64,000 nucleotides of DNA from Hydrolagus colliei (Eukaryota). The stretch spans positions 39,308,001-39,372,000 of the forward strand of contig CM068746.1 of the NCBI GenBank assembly GCA_035084275.1, given 5' to 3'. This document shows, piece after piece, positions 36,434 to 49,344 of this stretch. Below the pieces are notes generated by a model. It made no database searches and had not been told where the DNA came from. It worked only from the letters and a program-made list of their open reading frames with translations. The position numbers were made by a program, and so were the translations under genes. Numbering within the stretch: the first letter of the stretch is position 1; each line of letters starts with the position of its first letter.

Positions 36434-38551
36434 TTTTTAAAAACTGTTGGAATACCGCAAATTCATTTTGCAGTTATCTCTGTCCTCGAATCAGCCCCCA
36501 GACCCCCCTTCACACACAATGAACACAAATTGTGATGGAAACCAAATGAAAGAATAGAGGACCAGGTGACAAGGTTAAAGTCTTGTAGCTGTTGCTGATG
36601 GTTTGGGGAGATATCTTCAGTGATTCCAGTGTGTAAGTGGCTTGCTTGACCTTTTGTCATGAATGTTGACATATTTTATGCGGGGAGCGATATAACAAAA
36701 AAATACACTCGGAAGATTTAATTTTTCCTGCTTCACACGAGACGTCAACCAAGGCCAATAGTAGGGATAAAGTCTCATTAAATTTCAATTACTTAACATG
36801 ACAGTCACGCTAAGCTGATAAAACCCAACATTGTATACAGTTGTCAATTCTCCATACAGACCCTTCAGTCCTATCTATAATGGATTTTTTTCTTTCTGTT
36901 TTAAGCCTTTTCATATGCAAACGAACCCGTCTTTTAGCAAATAGGCAGGATTCAGTCAGGGTTTTAATGAACTCAAGAGTCAGCCTTGCCGTGACATTAG
37001 AGCTCGGCTCACAGTAACCGCCAGGCCCGGTGGTTTATCTGCTCTCGGTGAATTTACTGCAGATAAGGAGTGTGTGGTGAAGAAATTATTCGGCTTAACA
37101 TGACGTGTTTCGGAGTTTGACAAATCGTTCAATTCAGCCTCCACTTGGAAGATTGCACAAGATCCTTCAAGCCGACTGCTGTTTAGTTTGTTCGGATCGC
37201 CATTGTTTCACAAGATATATATATTTTTAGAAAAAGATCCTTGCATTTGATACAGCGACTTATCGCCTTGTCGGGACATCTCAAAGCACTTCACAGGAAT
37301 ACGCTATAAAGTGGAGTAATACAAACCGAGGTTTGGGAATTCAGAGCAAATTTTAAGAATCTCCCCACAGCTGTTGGGGTGCGCAATTGGCTGCTGCGTT
37401 TTCCCCACAATATACACAGTCAATTCCCTTTGAAGTATATTCTGTGAAGCGCTTTGAGACGTCACAATGACTAGACCAAATCAAAGTATTGGCATTATTA
37501 TTAATAATAAGATAAAATGGGTCTTCACAGGCCAAGATTAGGTGGAATATCAGGCCTCTGTTGAACTCTTCAAGTAGATTCCCTATACCTTTCTCATGAG
37601 TATCTATGCTATGCATAGATACATGTTAGGCCCTTGCCTAACATGTGTTCTCAGCTGCCTGTTGGGCATTTTACATTTGCACTTATAATGGGAAATAAAA
37701 CAGTGTCGAATTTAATTGTTATTCACTGTCAGTCATACCATAGTAACACTGAAGATCATATACTGTACTACAAGTCTGGTATTCCCTGATTTCTTCATCA
37801 TTAGTGCAGGAGTGGGTATATTTTACTCTTAAGCACAGTGGTTAGCAAGTGAGAGGACCCAGGTTCGATTCCCGGACAGGGCGAAACCTTGAAGATGTTT
37901 CCTTTACTCCACACGCCTCTTGTTTCCGCTGCGCGCAATTGGCTACAACGTATCGCCCACAAATATACAGTACAGTCCAGTCATTTCACTTCACAGTATA
38001 TTCTGCGAAGAGCTTTAAGATGCCTAGAAGACGTGAAAAGCTCTGTATCAGATACAGGCATTGTTATGATTATTCTTTACCGAAAAATTCACTCTTCATT
38101 CAGAAGCCGGTTCTTTTTAAGAACTGCAATAAACCGGCTTCCAAACTGCGGTTGCATTAAAAAGTTTTTAATTACAAAACGAAACAGCCGGGTGAAATAC
38201 GACCCTCTTTTGTGGGGTGATGATGGCAAAGTGACTGAGGTGCCTTTTTGTTGTTGGAAGTATTTCATTCACACCTTTGAAATGTTTCATTGTCCCTCAG
38301 CCTCTCCGCGATGCTCTGAGGAGCTGTTGCTCAACGAAACTTTGCATCCTCCTTCCCCCAAGTTCTAGCCGGGCTTCGGGTCACGTCTGAAGACTTTCCA
38401 CTTTGACCGCGCTTCTGGTTACCTCCCCCACTCGTACTCTTCCACTGCCTAGCGCTCTGGGACGCTGCCCCGCGCGAGGGGAGGGATATCACTACGGCTT
38501 GTTGTGCTGTAGTTGTGGCTCAGTTTTGTTCTTCCGGTCCTTTCTCTGCAG

Positions 38552-38752
38552 GATTGTCCGCAGCTCCTTCCTGTCGTGAAGCTCCTGGTGCCGGTCGGGG
38601 AGGTGAAGCCAATCACTCTGAAAGCAAAGAACCTTCCGCAGCCTCAGTCTGGCCAACGAGGGTACGAGTGCATCCTGAACATACAAGGGGTGGAGCAGAG
38701 GGTCCCGGCATTGAGGTTCAACAGCTCCAGCGTCCAGTGTCAGAACATTTCA
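38552..38752 (+). CDS. PLXNA4: Plexin-A4 exon (IPT2): [67 protein letters not shown]
   Basis: tctctgcag| acceptor, |gtaagt donor, 201 nt, phase 0 to 0. Confidence 0.96.
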
Positions 38753-38789
38753 GTAAGTCACACATTGTACACATACTCACAGTATCGTG

Positions 38790-39100
38790 CTGTACGTCTG
38801 CCCATGATTGTACCGTTGCTCAGTGTATGTGTATATCATTGCTATGTGTGTGTGCACTATTGCTGTGTGTGTATATCATTGCGGTGTGTGTATGTGTGTA
38901 TACCATTGCTTATGTGTAATTGCTGTGTGTGTGTGTGTTTGTATGTATTTTTGTACCATTGATTCGTACACATACCATTTCTATATGTGTGGGTATACGT
39001 GTGTGTACTACTGCTGTGTGTGTGTGTACCATAGCTGTGTATGTGTGTGTGTGTGTACCATTTCTGTGTGTGTGTGTGTGTGTATATACCATTGCTGTGT
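38790..39100. repeat. Degenerate TG-rich minisatellite, unit approx. (TG)nTA(T/C)CATTGC
   Basis: About ten imperfect units beginning just after the exon 38552-38752 donor. Confidence 0.85.
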
Positions 39101-39422
39101 TTGTCCCAGTGTGACTGCAAAGCTTTGTTTCCGCCTGAATGTTCCTCAAAGCCGATATCGAAAATCAAAGGCCCGGGCCTTCTTCCGACTGCTATTGTTT
39201 TAAAACGATGTGACGGGGGGGGCTCACGTTTCGAGTTTAAACATGATTTTGTTTCTGCTAATTCTTGCGCAAACAGATGCAGTGCAGGTAAACAATGCCA
39301 CACTGTGGTGAGCTTACTGTACAATGGGGTCCATTCAGACAAACCACAGTTACAACATTGTGCTTTAGAGAGGTATCGCGTTGCAGACAGATTTTTCTGA
39401 AAGGTAACTTCACCTTTAAATT

Positions 39423-40015
39423 GGAGCCCCGATGCATTAGAGCGCTCGCTTCGCAAATGAGAGGACCTGGGTTCAATTCCCAGTCAGGGCGAAACCTGAG
39501 AGAAGTTTCCTTGATACTCACAGCTCTGTTTACCTAGCAGTAATAGTAATAATAATAATCCTTACATTTGATATCGCGCTTTTCACGTCTTCTAGACGTC
39601 TCAAAGTGCTTCACACAGAATCCTGTAAAGTGAATTGACTGTCTATTTGTGGGCGAAATGCGGCAGCCAATTGCTCACAGCAGCGTCTCACAAACAGTCA
39701 TAGATTGAAATGACCAATTTATTATTGTTTGTTTGAGGGAATATTATAAGGTGTGTAGTAAATAGGTACGCAATTGTTAATCGATTGATGGATTGCTTAC
39801 TGGGGCTAATAATATTAAAAATATATTAAAAATAATAATAATAGTTTGGTCACTCAATCCACGACTGTTTGTGGGACACTGCTGTGTGCGATAGGCTGCG
39901 AAGTTTTGAGTTTCAAGATATACGGTCAATTCACTTTATAGTATAGTATATTCTGTGGAGTGTTTTGAGACGTTTCAATGCTATATCAAGTGCAAGGATT
40001 ATTATGATGATTATT
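39423..40015 (+). mobile_element. Long-variant SINE with an antisense short-variant SINE nested at ~39544-39757
   Basis: Host breaks at CCTAGCAGTAA and resumes at AGTAAATAGGTAC. Confidence 0.85.
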
Positions 40016-40610
40016 GCGTTGTGGATACAAATTTTTGAAAGGTAGCTTCACCTTTAAAGGTGCAGTGGCTTTGCTGTGGGGGTGACAGAAGAGTAACCCA
40101 ACTTTATAAAGGGTCACCGCGTTTTAAGACCCTCTACCGTACTCTGACTTGTCAGTCTTTGAGTCCGAACACAGAGCTGAGATATTATAGGAACGGAGGA
40201 AATGAGAGACACAAAACAAGACCAAGGTTCATCTTGTCGGCTTTCAAGCCATCCTGGTCGGCAAATGCTACAATAATAGAGATGTTGACAGCAATTAATT
40301 CCACGTGGATTAATGCAGCAACTCGAAGATGTGGGAACTTTAGATTCAAAGCTGCCTAGTTCTTGCCTCACCCGACTCTCAGAACTGACACCTTAGAGGA
40401 GAAGACTTACCTCTGGCTCCAGAGGGAGAGTGAGCATAGAGCACTCTGACGGTAACAATTAGGGGCCTTACATTGTGTACAGCCCTGTGCTATGGTGTTC
40501 CTGCACCACTCCAGCAGTGGATTGTATTTGAGGGATGTGATCTTGTATGCTGCTCGGTTGCTCAGCTCTGCGCTGCCTGTAATTGTGCGACTGTGTGTGT
40601 CTGGTTCCAG

Positions 40611-40707
40611 TATTCCTACGAGGAGACGGAAGTCAATAATCTCCCTGTGGATCTCTCGGTGGTCTGGAACGGGAATTTCAGCATCGACAACCCTGCGCGT
40701 AACAAAG
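40611..40707 (+). CDS. PLXNA4: Plexin-A4 exon (IPT2): YSYEETEVNNLPVDLSVVWNGNFSIDNPARNK
   Basis: ttccag| acceptor, |gtgaga donor, 97 nt, phase 0 to 1. Confidence 0.95.
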
Positions 40708-41739
40708 GTGAGAAGCCAATCTGCAAATGAAATTCCGCCCAGGACCAGATGGACTCCGTTTACTCCTGATTTCAGAGAGCCAACAATTCGGCAAATTGTT
40801 GAATTCAGTCTTAACTTCAGTCTTAATTCAGTTGCCCACAAATATACAGTCAGTTTTCCTGCTCTCCTTCCCTCCTACCCTGACCCCTCACCTCTTTCCC
40901 CCCCTCTCCCCTAACCCCACTTCCATGACTGTTTGTGGGACACTGTTGTGCGCAATTTGGCTGCCGCGTTTCACCCACAAATATACAGTCATTTTTCCTA
41001 CTCTCCTTCCCCCCCCCCCCCCCCCCCTGCACTGGTCCCTTCTGTTCAGCGCATTGAGACATCCTCCCAATGTAACGAGCGCTATATAAATGTCATTTTG
41101 ATTGATTGGTTAACTTTGAAACTGGTTTTCTATAGTCCTTCGGGCGGATGGTAAACCGAGTTCCTGCCTGTGCCTGTTCAGGTGGACGTTAAAGATCCCG
41201 CCATGATATTCCAAAAGAGAAGGCAGTTTCTCTGCCTGTGTCCTGGTCAAAAATCCCCCCCCCCCTCATATAAAATTGGTCACTCACTTCATGGATGTTT
41301 GTGGGCAAATTGGCTGCCGCATTCGCCCTACAAACAATACACAGTCACTACAGTAAAGTCCGGTGAAGCTCTTTTGAGACGTTCTCCCGGCGTGAAATGC
41401 CTTACATCAAATGTAAGGAATATGATTATTTCTATTAACAATAAAACTCACTTCAAACAATTAAAATAAACAAAGTAAAATCTGGACCCAGATGGGATTT
41501 CTATCTATTATACCATGAGCTGTGTTCATGCAGTAGTGGTGTAGATCATTTGTTTTGTGTGTCTACTTGTCTCATTGTACTCAGTCAAAGGCTATTTTAT
41601 TCCACAGAGCCAATGTTTCTGCTTTAATCTACACACATTGCTGTTTTTCTTGTTGTTTCCATCTATTGGACGTCTCATAGGAAGCTGCCAATTTAGTCCT
41701 GAAATTACATAGTGATATAGCATGGAAGCAGACCGTTTT

Positions 41740-42111
41740 GAGTCCTGTAGTGTAGTGGTTAAAGCACTCGCCTCCGAGCGAGAGGACCTGGGTTCGATTC
41801 CCAGGCAGGGTGAAACCTTAGACAAGTTTCCTTTCTCCACACACCTCTGTTTACCTGGCTGTAGATAGTAACCCAGTTGTTAGTTGATTGGCGGCTCGCT
41901 TTCCCGGGAGTAATAATCCCTTCATAAAAACAAACCCCAAAAGTAATTTTAAAAAAAGTAATAACTTGGTCAATATCTCCATGTCTGTTTGTGGGATGCC
42001 GCTTTGTGCAATTGGCTGCCTGGTTTCACCCAGAAAATACACAGTCAATCCACTTTACGGTATATTCCCGTGAAGTGCTTTGAGACATCTCAGCGAGATG
42101 ATAAGGCGCTT
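41740..42111 (+). mobile_element. tRNA-headed SINE, long variant, near full length
   Basis: GAGTCCTGTAGTGTAGTGG..GGGTTCGATTCCCAGGCAGGG; intact B-box. Confidence 0.9.
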
Positions 42112-42209
42112 GTTGTTCTTGCTGTTGTCTTGTGAATGCGTTGTTGTTGTTGTTGTTGTTGTTGAGTTGAGCTTACCTCACTCGGTGTGTTGTCTCTCAT
42201 CCCTCTCAG

Positions 42210-42400
42210 TTCACCTGTACAAGTGCGGAGTGATGCGGGAGAGCTGCGGCCTGTGCCTGAAGGCCGACCCCGACTTCGAGTGTGGCTGGTGTCAAGGCGA
42301 GGACCGCTGTGCGCTCAGACAGCACTGCCCCGGCCCCGAGGAGCAGTGGCTGGAACATTCCAGAATAAATCGCAAATGCCCGTACCCTCGCATAACTGAG
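42210..42400 (+). CDS. PLXNA4: Plexin-A4 exon (PSI3): [63 protein letters not shown]
   Basis: ccctctcag| acceptor, |gtaacg donor, 191 nt, phase 1 to 0. Confidence 0.96.
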
Positions 42401-43221
42401 GTAACGGCCACCGTGTGGGATGAGGGGGAAAGTCATTTTGAATAAGAGATGGTAGTGGGTCCGAGCCTGGCCTTGTGGGTGGGTGGGGGGGGGGGGGGGG
42501 GGGGGGTGATGTCCCAACGACAACAACTTGCATTTATATACCGTCTTTCACTTGGGGGTAGTTTCCTAGTTTCCCCAGGGCGCTTGGCAGTGACGGAGTC
42601 TGACCAGGAGCCAGGAGCCAGGAGAGGGAGAGGAGAAGTGACCGTAAATACATCCAAAAAGTCCCACTGATCACCCATGTTTTCCACAAAGCGCCTTCCC
42701 CTACCTCCACCCCACCCCACCCCCTCCCACACAGCCCCCCCCACCCCCCACCACCACCATTAGACCCCGGGATTTGTTGAGATTTCTCAAGTCAGAAGCT
42801 TGATGTGGGTTTGACATTGTGTGACTCTGAACTCACGCACGGTCAACACACTCGGCTGCACTGTTGGAGGTACCAGTTTCTCTCTCCTGGTGACCTTGTC
42901 CAACAAGTTACCAATTGGTAGACTCTTTCCTTGGCTGTTTGTGGGATGTCGCTTTGGGTAAATTGACAGGCCCCGTTCGCCTACAAACTACACAGCTGTT
43001 ACACTTTTTCGTAATTCCTGTGAAGGGCTTTGAGATGCTTACATTAAGAAAGGTTCTGTATCAAACGTGAGGATTATATTATTAAGGGACAAGCAAGACA
43101 GCAATCTTCTGGGGTGGATTGTCAACCTTATAAAGTCATCAGGCAGATTACCTCCTTAATGCCCATCCGACATGCTAGAATAACAACTGTAATTTATATC
43201 GCATTCACCCAGCGGCTTTTA

Positions 43222-43400
43222 TCGTGTCAGCGGGGTGTCTTAACACATGCGGAAACCCATCACCGTGCTTAAGAGTATCCAAACCGTACTAAGAATTCTG
43301 CGCTTTCCACCTACACATGGAAATATCAGAGATAGATTGTGGGAAATCTCTCCACTAATGCGTCTGCCCTTCCAAGTCCTGCCTTTGAGGCAGGATGGCT
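43222..43400 (+). repeat. Unclassified dispersed repeat copy (5' part)
   Basis: GGAAACCCATCACCGTGCTTAAGAGTATCCAAACC..CCACCTACACATGGAAAT. Confidence 0.75.
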
Positions 43401-45355
43401 GTGTTGTCAACAACACTGCCCAGGAGTAAAAAGGGTGTGGGTGGGTGGGTGACGAATCAGCTGGGTGGTCCCATTGAGATATAGAGCCCAGAGCACACCT
43501 TGTACTGCCTCGCTTCCTCCCAGCTCATTCACCAAACTGAATGAGGCACCTTATCACACGTCGAGACTGAGCACTGTGTAAGTAAAGCTGCCGTTATTAG
43601 GGAGCGAGAGAAGGAACGAGGGGGAGTTTGTGTGTGTGTGTGTGTGTGTCTCCTACACAGCACCTGTTGTGTTTTTTTTCAATCCCGTCGGAATAGTAGG
43701 ACCGTGGTCGGAACTATCCCATCTCGCTTCATCGGGATGGCCCCCATTCCTCAAGCTTCAATCCCAGCTGTGGAAACTTGGCAGCTCAGACCTGCATCAC
43801 GTTTCCCAATGCATTCCGTGTGTTAAATTACTCTCATGGCTCTGACTGGCTCCAACCATTCTGCACACACACAGAGAATTGATAAAAAACAGCGAGGGTC
43901 ATTAAGCAATGGGATAAGGGGGTGTGGGGGGACTTTTACATTAACCTCTGAAACTCCATCCCCAAGTCCCTCCGCCTCGCCCCATCCCTCTTTTCCTTCA
44001 AGACCCACCTAACGCCCTCTTTCACTGTGTTTTCGATCAACCTCCTTCCTCCCCTCCACCTCCTCTCCACCCCACCCTCCCCCCACCCTCCCAATCCCTA
44101 CCCCCCCAGCTCGGTCTAGCATACTCCCTGTCCGGCGCCTTGGGACCTCCTCCCAATGTGAAAGTTGCTCTCTTCAATTGAAATTTTGTTGTTATTGTGA
44201 AATGCAATCTACAAAACTCGGGTGAGTTTTGAGAAAAGCCTCCAGCAAATACGGCGTTAAATAATAACAATCCTTCAAATACATTTTACAGTATATCCTG
44301 TGATGCGCTTAAAGACATCTCAGAGACATAGTAAGGCGTTACATCAAAATGCAAGGGTTATATAATTATTAGTGTTGAAACAGTTTGTTAACCTCTGCCT
44401 TGTCGAATTCTTTCACAACCGTAAACACCTCGATCAGCCCTCTCTCAACCGAAACATCCTCAGAGAGAACACAGACACATGCACATACAGACCCAGTTGT
44501 TCTTAATAGCTGTATTTTCTCAACCCTGGTGACATTGTAGTGAACCTACCCCGCGCTCTCTCTCCTATGTTACAACCCCCTTGCTGCAAGGCTAGAGCGA
44601 TACGTGGTTTGACCAAAGGCGAAACGTAAAGGCAGAACGCTGAGCCGTCTGTGAGGAGAGGGTCACGGACGAAAGGCTTAACGTATCTCCTCAATCAGGG
44701 TGACGTTTGACCAGCCGTACACCACCACTTCCCTGTTTCACATCAGGTTTATAATGCATCAATAGCAAATAAATTGTCCAGTCATGAAAAAAGCTGTATG
44801 AAACGCAAGGATTTTAATGTGTTTATTATACCATCCCTGCATTTAATATAGTGCCTTATCGTGTGTTCTGGACGTCCCAAAGCGCCTATCACACAATATA
44901 CTATAAAATGAAGTAAATTGTAATGTGTATTTAGTGGGTGAAACGCGGCAGCTAATTACGCACATGGATTGAGAGAACAGTCATGGATTGAGCCATCAAA
45001 TCATTCTTTGGAAAGCTTTAGTACCCCCCAGAAAGTGACTCACATTATTATTATCAATATTTATTTAATAATATTATTATTCAGGAAAACGCAGCAGCTA
45101 ATCCGAGCCATGAACATCCCCTGAACAGTACACCGAGCAGCCAATTCATTTGAATTTGAGGTTTAAATGGGACACAGAGGGATTACAAGCCCAGATGAAA
45201 CAAGAAAGGATCCACGTTTCTTTGAAAATAACCGTGAAGCAGATTTACAGAATTTTCTTTTGATAATCTTAAAGCACGTCACACGCAGTTCCGTGATGGA
45301 TGGATGTCACGAGGAGAGCGTCTTATAAATAAAAATCATTTCTCTCCTTTTCCTC

Positions 45356-45550
45356 NNNNNNNNNNNNNNNNNNNNNNNNNNNNNNNNNNNNNNNNNNNNN
45401 NNNNNNNNNNNNNNNNNNNNNNNNNNNNNNNNNNNNNNNNNNNNNNNNNNNNNNNNNNNNNNNNNNNNNNNNNNNNNNNNNNNNNNNNNNNNNNNNNNNN
45501 NNNNNNNNNNNNNNNNNNNNNNNNNNNNNNNNNNNNNNNNNNNNNNNNNN
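45356..45550. other. Assembly gap (N run)
   Basis: 195 N. Confidence 1.
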
Positions 45551-46040
45551 CATTCCCGTGACCTTCTGCTTCAAATACCCAACCCCAGCTGTAGTACAAA
45601 TTGAGAGGTCCCTTTGTACACGTGTCTGCCCTGACAGTCCTGCAGTCAACATCTGTGCAATGAAATTCGCCTGCGGTGCATTGTTAAAGATGCTGAACAG
45701 TGAGTGTTCAGAGTGCTGTGCTGTGTGCTCTTTGTCAGCCCGGTGACCCCCTACAGAACCCTGCCTAATGCGGAGATGCCCCCGCCTCACCCCTACCCAC
45801 CCCTCCCCCCCACCCCCCCCCACCCCCCCCCCCTCACACACATCCACAGCACTTTGAATTCTCCTTTCCTTTATTTTCTTTCTCGAAAGGCGAGTTAGTG
45901 CGACTGCAACGAGCTGATGAATGCATTGCGTCTGTTTCTCTCCCGCAATCTCGGCGGCGAGAGGCACTGAGGGCCTAAATCACACTGCAGTCACACCGCA
46001 GAGGGTCAGTCATACTGCAATGGTTGGCTCAGGAATAAGT

Positions 46041-46270
46041 GGAGTTCCTATAGCTCAGTGGTTAGAGCACTCGCCTCGCAAGCAAGTGGACCTGGGTTTG
46101 ATTCCCAGGCAGGGCGAAACATTAAGCAAGTTTCCTCACTCCGCACGCCTCTGTTTACCTAGCAGTAAATTGGAACCCGGTTGTTAGTTGATTGGCGGAT
46201 CACTTTCCAGGGAGGTAATCGTCACTTCAAAATAAATAAGTATATATTACTATAAGAATAATAATTTGGG
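46041..46270 (+). mobile_element. SINE 5' half with a well-preserved tRNA-Ala-like head
   Basis: TAGCTCAGTGGTTAGAGCACTCGCCTCGCAAGCAAGTGGACCTGGGTTTGATTCCCAGGCAGGGC. Confidence 0.88.
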
Positions 46271-47616
46271 CTAAACCCGTGTTGTCCTTACAGCCTTTTT
46301 ACTGCCTTGATGCCTCAGCACTAGAGGCATTGAGAATCTGAATGTCCCAGCGCTGAAAGGATTAAATCTCGATGCATCCGGAACTCATACAGATGAAGAT
46401 GTCACACTGTTTGTAGCCGGCAGGGGAATGGTGGGTGGGGCGGGGTATGAGATGGGGGGGGGGGGGGGGGGGGGGCGGTGTATGATGCTGGAAAGGAGAG
46501 GAACAGGGGGAATGACATAAAAGCATCAACAAATTAGGTCTTTCTTCTGTATCAGAAGTTCTGAGAGCAGCTTTCATCAATGATTAAACAAGCGAGGAGA
46601 ACTGTGTGTGATGATGAGCATTCTGCTGTCTGGTGGAAGGCGTAGATTAGCCAAAGGCACAAAAGGGGATGGGTGGAACCTCTGTGTAACTCTGGCCCGA
46701 GGGGTAGCAGTGTGATCGTGATCCGATGACAGAAATGACTCCGCACTGATTTGCAGCAGCATTAAACTGCATTCATTTAAAAGTGCTGCGAGACTCTACC
46801 CTGCATGAAGGGTGCTACATAAATACACATTGTTGGTGTTAAGTTAACAAGCAGAAAACATCTCCCTCTCCTCCCGTGGCACGTGTAGCTATTACAATGC
46901 AGTTATTATCGGTTAGAAGCGGTTAAAATCTTGTGAAGCGCTTTGAGATGCCTCGATGACACATTAAATAGCCATGTCAATGGTAAGGATTATTAAGTCT
47001 AAGAACGTGTGGAACTTCAAACGCCACTCTATGTGTAAGAATTGGAATTTTTATAATAATAATAATCCTTGAATTTGACACAGCACCCGTCACGCAGGAA
47101 TGGGATAAATAATTATTACGTCGAGTGATACTGCACAGAAACAAGCATTTTTCTTCCACCCACGCTCTCCCCTCTATTCCCTTCTCCCTCATCGCCTCGC
47201 AAGCGAGAGGAAGACTGGTTTGATTCTCGTGCAGGGTGAAACTTTAAGGCTAGTTTCCTAACTCCAAATGCTTCTGTTCACTTAGTAACCACTTTAGATA
47301 ACAAACAAAAAAGTGGTTGTTTAATCCATGACTGTTTGTGGGACACTGCCATCCATTTTGCCCACAAAATACACTGTCGGTTCACTTTTTTAATGTGAAG
47401 CACTTTGAGACATCTCAACAAATTGATTAGGTGCTATATCGAATGCAAGGATTATTATATAATATTATAATATTATCATTCGGTTTGCTCTTGTTGATGG
47501 TTTAATCACAGCTTCTGGCAGTGAGGTGGAGATTCTGACCTCCCTGCCAGTGTGTGAAGAGGTTCCTCCTGAACTCCCCGCTAATCCACTTGCTTGTTGT
47601 TAATTATTTATTCCAG

Positions 47617-47768
47617 ATAAGGCCGATTAAAGGGCCCAGGGAAGGTGGTACAAAACTGACTATCTACGGGGAGAACCTTGGCCTGAACTTCTGGGAGATT
47701 GAAGACTTTGTGCGTGTGGCAGGCGTGGACTGTACCGCTCTGTCTGAGGGCTACATCCCAGCGGAACA
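47617..47768 (+). CDS. PLXNA4: Plexin-A4 exon (IPT3): IRPIKGPREGGTKLTIYGENLGLNFWEIEDFVRVAGVDCTALSEGYIPAE
   Basis: ttccag| acceptor, |gtaagc donor, 152 nt, phase 0 to 2; TIG motif GPxxGGTxxTIxGxNL. Confidence 0.95.
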
Positions 47769-47984
47769 GTAAGCAGCCTTCACACCTCGTTACGTGTCGG
47801 ATTGCCAAGTGGTATTGTGCATTCCCACAGTTGGGAATCACTGGACAGTCTGAGGGACATGTCTGCAATGGGCGATGCCACACAACACTGGCACCAGCTG
47901 GTGGAACGTGGGACTAATTTGCAGTGTTGTTCAGAACAGTCACTGGGAACTGGGATTCTTCCCCTACAAACCAGGGCGCCATTG

Positions 47985-48200
47985 GATCGGGTGGTCCCAA
48001 ATGGGCAAGTAGTTGGAAGTTTGCCAGACAGTACATTCAATGGCAAGCTTTACGGTTTGGGCTGGTTAAACCCCCAGCAATTACACCCCCAACTTACTCT
48101 GAAGTCCCCAAGTTTTCGTCTCTCGCCAACCTGCTCTTAATACTGTCTCGTATTAGATCAGTCTCCCTCTGGGGAGCGCACATTCTATTTCCTGATACAT
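47985..48200 (-). repeat. Unclassified dispersed repeat copy
   Basis: Reverse complement of the 11960-12092 segment. Confidence 0.65.
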
Positions 48201-48635
48201 GAGAAATTCAATAATTCAATAAACCTGCATTTATATAATGCCTTCAAGACGAGCACCTCTGAGCGTTCTACACGATAAAATTGATGGTTAGGTAGGATGT
48301 AACGCAAATAATGTAACGTTTATGCTGCATAGGCAAACGTAATAGGCTAATCCGCCCCAGTAAACAGCCTACAAACAGCAGGGAGGTCATTTGAATGTGG
48401 GACTAACTAAATTTGGATAGGAGAGGAATATGAATCAGGGAGATGGCCTACAAATTAAACAGTCACTACACTTTGTAGAAAAATCCTGTGAAGCGCTTTG
48501 AGGCATCTGATATCAATTGCAAGGATTATTATTGTCATTGTTACTATGACTATTATACCAAATGCCAAGATTTATTATCATCATTGTTTAATCTCTGAGA
48601 GCAGGCTGTTGATCCTATCTCTTGCTTTCCCACAG

Positions 48636-48753
48636 GATCGTGTGTGAGATGGGGGTGGCAAGGCCCAATCAGTTCAATGGCTTTGTTGAGGTCTGTGTCG
48701 ATGAGTGCAAGCGCGAGTTCATGGCCAGGTCGACGCAGCACTACAGATTTGTG
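48636..48753 (+). CDS. PLXNA4: Plexin-A4 exon (IPT3): IVCEMGVARPNQFNGFVEVCVDECKREFMARSTQHYRFV
   Basis: cccacag| acceptor, |gtgagt donor, 118 nt, phase 2 to 0. Confidence 0.94.
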
Positions 48754-48829
48754 GTGAGTTCCTGGTCTGGTTAAGTATCCAGCTCTCTTTGATCAAGGGT
48801 GGAGTAACTTGATCCGGAATTTCACCCCG

Positions 48830-49342
48830 TCTTCGCCTTGTGACTTGGCTTTTTACTATGGAACTCCATCCCTCAGTCCCGTTGCCTCGCTCCCTCCATC
48901 GCCTCATGACCCTTCTCCTGGACCACTCCTTCAGACACCCTCCTACACCTACCCTCCCTGTCCTCCACCCCTCCTGATCCCACCCCCACCAGCTCAAGTC
49001 CAAATCCCTGACTGTCCAGCGATTTTGTGACATCGCCTGACGTGAACAACAACAACAAAATTACCTTTGTATAGCGCCTTTCATGTCAGGAGGACGTCCC
49101 AAGGCACTGGAGAGATTACTGCTTCAGACCTGAGCTGAGGACGGTGGGGGGACGGAGGGTGGAGGGGGAAGGAGTCGCCGATGGGACTATCGAACAAGAG
49201 AGTCTTAAGATGAGACTTGAAGGAAGGTGCGAGGCGGAGGGACTTCGGGATGGAGTTCCAGAGGTTGGGGGCAGAGTGACTGACGGCTCGCCCGCCAATG
49301 GTTGGAAAGGCACAATGCAAATGTAACTTGTTGTCTGATGTT
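48830..49342. mobile_element. Older sense L2 3' end with an antisense L2 3' fragment (49046-49305) nested in its terminal stem-loop
   Basis: Host reads ..CCTGACGTGAA | (CAA)n antisense L2 | GAAAGGCACAATGCAAATGTAACTTGTTG. Confidence 0.75.
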
Positions 49343-49344
49343 GC

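Noticed and set aside
38808-39456. Cys/Val- or His/Thr-rich ORFs
   Set aside because: They are translations of the TG minisatellite.
46041-46116. tRNA-Ala(CGC)-like gene (also 1831, 14636, 41740, 60697)
   Set aside because: It is the head of a high-copy SINE; copies are divergent and continue into SINE body.
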